DNA of 10,461 bases from IMG/VR virus record IMGVR_UViG_2657245081_000002; one strand, 5' to 3'. The position numbers and the translations under genes are program-made. The DNA comes from a virus (lineage: Duplodnaviria > Heunggongvirae > Uroviricota > Caudoviricetes). The notes below the pieces were generated by a model. The model was not told the origin of the DNA and ran no database searches. It saw nothing but the letters and a program-made list of their open reading frames with translations. Shown here piece by piece: positions 7,082-10,461 of this stretch; position 1 is the stretch's first letter; each line of letters opens with the position of its first letter.

Positions 7082-7319
7082 TTACAACCAGTTCTTCCGC
7101 TTAAAGTACAGATACGGTGCCAGGCCCGCGAGGATCATAAAGATAATCGCGGCAGGGTAGCCGAAGCTCCACTTCAGTTCTGGCATAAACTCAAAGTTCA
7201 TGCCATAGCTGGAAGCAACGAGCGTCGGCGGCAGGAATACCACGGATACCACCGAGAAGATTTTGATGATGCGGTTCTGCTCGATGTTGATAAAACCCAT
7301 TGCCGCCTGCATCAGGAAG
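7082..7319 (-). CDS. corA: Magnesium/cobalt transporter CorA, C-terminal fragment (stop 7082-7084)
   Basis: Translation ...[51 protein letters not shown] carries the CorA GMN signature motif and the two C-terminal transmembrane helices. Confidence 0.85.
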
Positions 7320-7329
7320 NNNNNNNNNN

Positions 7330-7459
7330 AGGCATGCTGGCCACCGGCTTACCGTAGACGGATGCCCCTTTAATGGGGATCACCCGGAACAGCCCATGCT
7401 TTTTCGAGCGTTCATACACAATGGTCGGGTCAATCCCGCCAATATCCCAGCAGATACGG
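7330..7459 (-). CDS. A: Terminase large subunit A, internal fragment
   Basis: Reverse-complement translation RICWDIGGIDPTIVYERSKKHGLFRVIPIKGASVYGKPVASMP matches lambda gpA as recalled. Confidence 0.8.
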
Positions 7460-7491
7460 NNNNNNNNNNATTGTGCAATTAATAGCGCCAT

Positions 7492-7744
7492 TTACATCAA
7501 ACAACTGGCCTGCTGACGTTTTTGCGCATAAAACAGATACGCAGCAGACGTTCCAACCTCAAAAACGTTTTGTCGAGTACTGGAACCCCACACCCTGACA
7601 GAAAACGGTAGTTCTGCATTACCTGAGTTCTGTAAAACAAAACGATTACCAGTCCCTGATTGCTTTGTAAGGGTTAAATCAACGGTTGAGTTAACCTCAT
7701 CCTTGTTGATAGTGAGCGCCTGCGCTTTAGCCCCGTTAACAGCA
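7492..7744 (-). CDS. C-terminal fragment of an unidentified protein (stop 7492-7494)
   Basis: An open frame runs from the N-run to a stop: AVNGAKAQALTINKDEVNSTVDLTLTKQSGTGNRFVLQNSGNAELPFSVRVWGSSTRQNVFEVGTSAAYLFYAQKRQQASCLM. It looks beta-rich, as in structural or adhesin-like proteins, but I do not recognise the family. Confidence 0.3.
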
Positions 7745-7754
7745 NNNNNNNNNN

Positions 7755-8132
7755 TCGGTGACAGTGATTTCTGCAACCGCAGCAAGTTCACCATTACCGG
7801 ATACAACCGGAATGTTGACCTTACCTGCAGCAACGCCTTTCACGGTGATGGTTATACCACTGACCGACACGGTGGCTTTTGTTTTATCCGCTGACACCGC
7901 ACGGAAGCTCTTGTCAGTTGCGCCCTCCGGCTGGAATGCCACGGTCAGCGTGGTGCTCTGCCCTTTCACCACCGAGGAGCTGGCAGGCGTCACGGTCATA
8001 CCGGTTGCCGCCGTCACCGTACTGCGATCTTCTGCCATTGACGGACGGCCCACATTGGTGACCTTCACCGTACGGGTGATCACTTCCTTCGCCGTCACCG
8101 CCTTACCGATACTGCTGACCCAGCCACGGAAC
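7755..8132 (-). CDS. V: Major tail protein V, C-terminal fragment including the Ig-like (Big_2) domain
   Basis: Minus-strand translation, open to both N-runs: [125 protein letters not shown] matches the lambda gpV C-terminal region. Confidence 0.85.
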
Positions 8133-8142
8133 NNNNNNNNNN

Positions 8143-8796
8143 TGCAGATTTTTGTGACGCTGCAGCATTCGTTTCTGACGTTTTCGCCGCACCGGCACTG
8201 GTAGCCGCCGCGCTTTTTGAGGACTCTGCAGCGGCAGCACTTTTTGATGCTTCAGTAGCCTTTGTTGATGCCGTTCCTGCGCTGGAAGACGCTGACTGAG
8301 CCGACGTCGCGGCCTGCCCGGCTGATGTGCTGGCTGCACGTGCTGAGCCTGCAGCATCAGTCGCATGGGTTGCCGCCTCACGGGCTGATGTGCCGGCATC
8401 ACTGGCTGACTTCTTCGCGGCTGCCGTGTTCTGTGCCACTGCGGACGCGTTACGCGCCACCTCTTCCACCATCAGTTCAAAACGGCGCAGTGCCTCCGGA
8501 CGGGCATCATCCTCCGTCATGGCACCGAGAAAATCATTCAGCGTACCCGGTTGTGAGTCTTCATACACGGTGATGGTCCCGGCATGCGATGGCGGGAAGC
8601 CTTCCACCAACAGAATAACGCTGTACTGACCGTACTCAACGTCCATGCTGTAACGCCCTGCTTCATCCGGATTTTCAGATGCCACCGTGTTCACCACCAC
8701 CGTGGTGCTGTTACGTTTTGCTTTCAGCTGGATTGTGCAGTTCTGTACCGGTTTACCTGCACCGTCTTTCAGTACACCTGAAATCTTTACTGCCAT
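8143..8796 (-). CDS. stf: Side tail fibre protein Stf, N-terminal fragment (start codon 8794-8796)
   Basis: MAVKISGVLKDGAGKPVQNCTIQLKAKRNSTTVVVNTVASENPDEAGRYSMDVEYGQYSVILLVEGFPPSHAGTITVYEDSQPGTLNDFLGAMTEDDARPEALRRFELMVEEVARNA..., followed by the Ala/Ser/Thr-rich repeat region typical of lambda Stf. The listed ORF starts 14 codons further upstream, but MAVKIS is the conserved start. Confidence 0.8.
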
Positions 8797-8805
8797 ATTC
8801 CCCCA

Positions 8806-8833
8806 CAAAAAAGCCCGCCTGAACCGGCGGGCT
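8806..8833 (-). terminator. Rho-independent terminator between lom and stf (second copy)
   Basis: Reverse complement has stem agcccgcc / ggcgggct followed by a T-run. It is the same hairpin as 1627-1653, with a few flanking substitutions. Confidence 0.7.
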
Positions 8834-8859
8834 GTCATAACACTGTGTTACCTGGCTAA

Positions 8860-9169
8860 TCAGAACTTATAACCGACACCCACGATGAAACCGTCAGTGC
8901 GCCAGTCGCCACTGCCGGAGCCTTCATAAGCAATATCAATGGCCACCGATTCGGTCGGGTTAAACTGCACGCCAGCTCCCCACGCCAGAGACGTGTTGCT
9001 GTGGCGACCGTCATCACTTCCGGTCAGCACATCGTGCGTTTTCCCCTTGTTGTCAGTTACGCGGAGATAATCCCCGGAGAAAGTCGACACACGGCTGTAA
9101 GCCACACCCGCCATCGCATACGCGCTGAACCATTCATTCACGCGTACAGACGGCCCCGCCATCACGCTG
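8860..9169 (-). CDS. lom: Lom outer-membrane protein, C-terminal fragment (stop 8860-8862), second allele
   Basis: ...SVMAGPSVRVNEWFSAYAMAGVAYSRVSTFSGDYLRVTDNKGKTHDVLTGSDDGRHSNTSLAWGAGVQFNPTESVAIDIAYEGSGSGDWRTDGFIVGVGYKF matches lambda Lom. It differs from the 1351-1600 copy at 4 residues (A/G, V/I twice, N/D). Confidence 0.85.
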
Positions 9170-9179
9170 NNNNNNNNNN

Positions 9180-9382
9180 GCGGGCAGGGCGATGTCGGTT
9201 TCACCGGGAAGGACCTTTGCACCGAGCAGCGGATTGACCGGATGGCCGGACGTCACCCCGCCGGGGCACACCGAACAGGCCACGCCGGTGGGGGCACCGA
9301 TGCGTACCCCGGCTGAACCCTGGACAATGCTACCGCCATACTGCGTCATGTCGCCCTGACGCGCCGCCGGTTTTCCGCTCAT
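9180..9382 (-). CDS. Rhs protein N-terminal (PAAR-like) domain fragment (start codon 9380-9382)
   Basis: MSGKPAARQGDMTQYGGSIVQGSAGVRIGAPTGVACSVCPGGVTSGHPVNPLLGAKVLPGETDIALP matches the RhsA-type N-terminus. An aagga Shine-Dalgarno sequence lies just upstream on the minus strand. Confidence 0.75.
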
Positions 9383-9655
9383 CTGCTCATCCTTGTTTTA
9401 TCGGGTTATTTGTNNNNNNNNNNCTTTTGTTTACTTCGGAGAAAACAAACATGTTAACCAAAGGCAGTGCCCTTAACGTCGGTAAGGGATGGGCGGTAGC
9501 GTCTTTATTCCGCAAAGCACGCGAAAATCGCCAGGCTAAATTTTACTTAAAGTCAGCAGGTGTAGATTCAATCTGTCAATGCAACACCCCTTTCAATTAT
9601 CTCTTTCGGTGTTTTGAACTNNNNNNNNNNGTTTTAACATCAAACTCAGATGTTA

Positions 9656-9728
9656 AGCGTGAAGGATAACGTTACGCCAGCAACGGCCCGTAGGGCGAGC
9701 GAAGCGAGTCATCCTGCACGAGCCACCA
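9656..9728 (+). repeat. Spacer element upstream of tRNA-Lys ending in a near-copy of the tRNA-Lys 3' end (catcctgcacgagccacca, 9710-9728)
   Basis: ggataacgttacgccagcaacggcccgtagggcgagcgaagcgagt aligns with the core of the tRNA-Arg spacer element at 5625-5672. The 3' 19 nt mimic the T-stem and acceptor 3' strand plus CCA of tRNA-Lys, with 2 mismatches to the authentic gene sequence. Confidence 0.7.
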
Positions 9729-9776
9729 ATTTTAAAGATTGGTTCCGAGTAGAAATCTTTCAGGTAACACCCATAT

Positions 9777-9835
9777 GGGTCGTTAGCTCAGTTGGTAGAG
9801 CAGTTGACTTTTAATCAATTGGTCGCAGGTTCGAA
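9777..9835 (+). tRNA. tRNA-Lys (anticodon UUU), 5' 59 nt; 3' end lost in the N-run
   Basis: gggtcgttagctcagttggtagagcagttgacTTTtaatcaattggtcgcaggttcgaa is the E. coli lysT-family tRNA sequence. Confidence 0.85.
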
Positions 9836-9845
9836 NNNNNNNNNN

Positions 9846-9952
9846 CGGTTTCTAACCTGTACGGTATGGTCACCGGGATGGCGGAAGATCTGCAGAGTCT
9901 GGTCGGCGGAACGGTGGTCCGGCGTAAGGTTTACGCCCGTTTTCTGGATGCG
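9846..9952 (+). CDS. L: Minor tail protein L, internal fragment
   Basis: Translation VSNLYGMVTGMAEDLQSLVGGTVVRRKVYARFLDA matches lambda gpL ...TLTVSNLYGMVTGMAEDMQSLVGGTVVRRKVYARFLDAVNF as recalled. Confidence 0.8.
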
Positions 9953-9962
9953 NNNNNNNNNN

Positions 9963-10278
9963 AACGAAAGGGGATACGGGAAAACGTAAAACCTTCGTGA
10001 ACACCACGCTCGGTGAGACATGGGAAGCGAAAATCGGTGAACGTCCGGATGCTGAAGTGATGGCAGAGCGGAAAGAGCATTATTCAGCGCCCGTTCCTGA
10101 CCGTGTGGCTTACCTGACCGCCGGTATCGACTCCCAGCTGGATCGCTACGAAATGCGCGTATGGGGATGGGGGCCGGGTGAGGAAAGCTGGCTGATAGAT
10201 CGGCAGATTATTATGGGCCGCCACGACGATGAACAGACGCTGCTGCGTGTGGATGAGGCCATCAATAAAACCTATACC
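9963..10278 (+). CDS. A: Terminase large subunit A, internal fragment
   Basis: Translation GDTGKRKTFVNTTLGETWEAKIGERPDAEVMAERKEHYSAPVPDRVAYLTAGIDSQLDRYEMRVWGWGPGEESWLIDRQIIMGRHDDEQTLLRVDEAINKTYT matches lambda gpA. It is on the opposite strand to the gpA fragment at 7330-7459. Confidence 0.85.
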
Positions 10279-10288
10279 NNNNNNNNNN

Positions 10289-10461
10289 GCGCCGCCAGCT
10301 TGCGTACAAGCAGCTCTGGCGTGGCGGTCAGGTGCTTGCTGTTCCGCCAGCGTATACAAGCCAGCGTTGCGCGTACTGTGGTCATACAGCGAAAGAGAAC
10401 CGCCTGTCACAAAGTAAATTCAGATGCCAGGTATGTGGATATACAGCGAACGCCGATGTAA
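10289..10461 (+). CDS. tnpB: IS200/IS605-family TnpB (OrfB) C-terminal zinc-ribbon fragment, running off the window end
   Basis: Frame translation ...LAYKQLWRGGQVLAVPPAYTSQRCAYCGHTAKENRLSQSKFRCQVCGYTANADV shows the pattern Y.S..C..CG(8-11)R.F.C..CG...NAD.NAA.NI typical of TnpB C-termini. Confidence 0.55.

Noticed and set aside
7758-8629. Plus-strand ORFs 7758-8204, 8262-8573 and 8327-8629 opposite V and stf
   Set aside because: They are antisense to strongly supported V and Stf coding sequence, several cross the N-run at 8133-8142, and open antisense frames are expected in GC-rich, Ala/Ser/Thr-rich repeat regions.
1-10461. Treating the window as one intact lambda-like prophage with a novel gene order or inversion system
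   Set aside because: Every apparent rearrangement coincides with a 10-N spacer, so gene order here carries no biological information.

Overview
This window is not one contiguous locus. It consists of about 25 short sequence blocks separated by 24 runs of exactly 10 N (8-17, 872-881, 1222-1231, 1341-1350, 1674-1683, 3920-3929, 5051-5060, 5165-5174, 5276-5285, 5961-5970, 6256-6265, 6634-6643, 6975-6984, 7320-7329, 7460-7469, 7745-7754, 8133-8142, 9170-9179, 9414-9423, 9621-9630, 9836-9845, 9953-9962, 10279-10288). Most blocks are fragments of lambda-like prophage genes (J, I, C, lom, stf, V, H, M, L, terminase A, Nu1, and a complete cos site), in an order and orientation no single phage genome could have. 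The rest are Enterobacteriaceae fragments: a tandem tRNA-Arg(ACG) array, a partial tRNA-Lys, the corA 3' end, two Rhs pieces, a CP4-type island piece (UPF0380/DUF932 protein plus HTH regulator) and an IS200/IS605 TnpB zinc-ribbon tail. The only long contiguous stretch (1684-3919) is a lambdoid right-arm end: Rha-family regulator, an AT-rich DUF1398-like ORF, a small RHH-like ORF, then cosQ/cosN/cosB and the Nu1 start. I do not find a convincing novel system. The two things least explained are the tRNA-spacer repeats carrying a copy of the tRNA 3' end, with a core shared between the Arg and Lys loci, and the AT-rich two-gene cargo just upstream of cos. All protein assignments come from reading the six-frame translations against recalled family and lambda sequences; none was checked by a database search.
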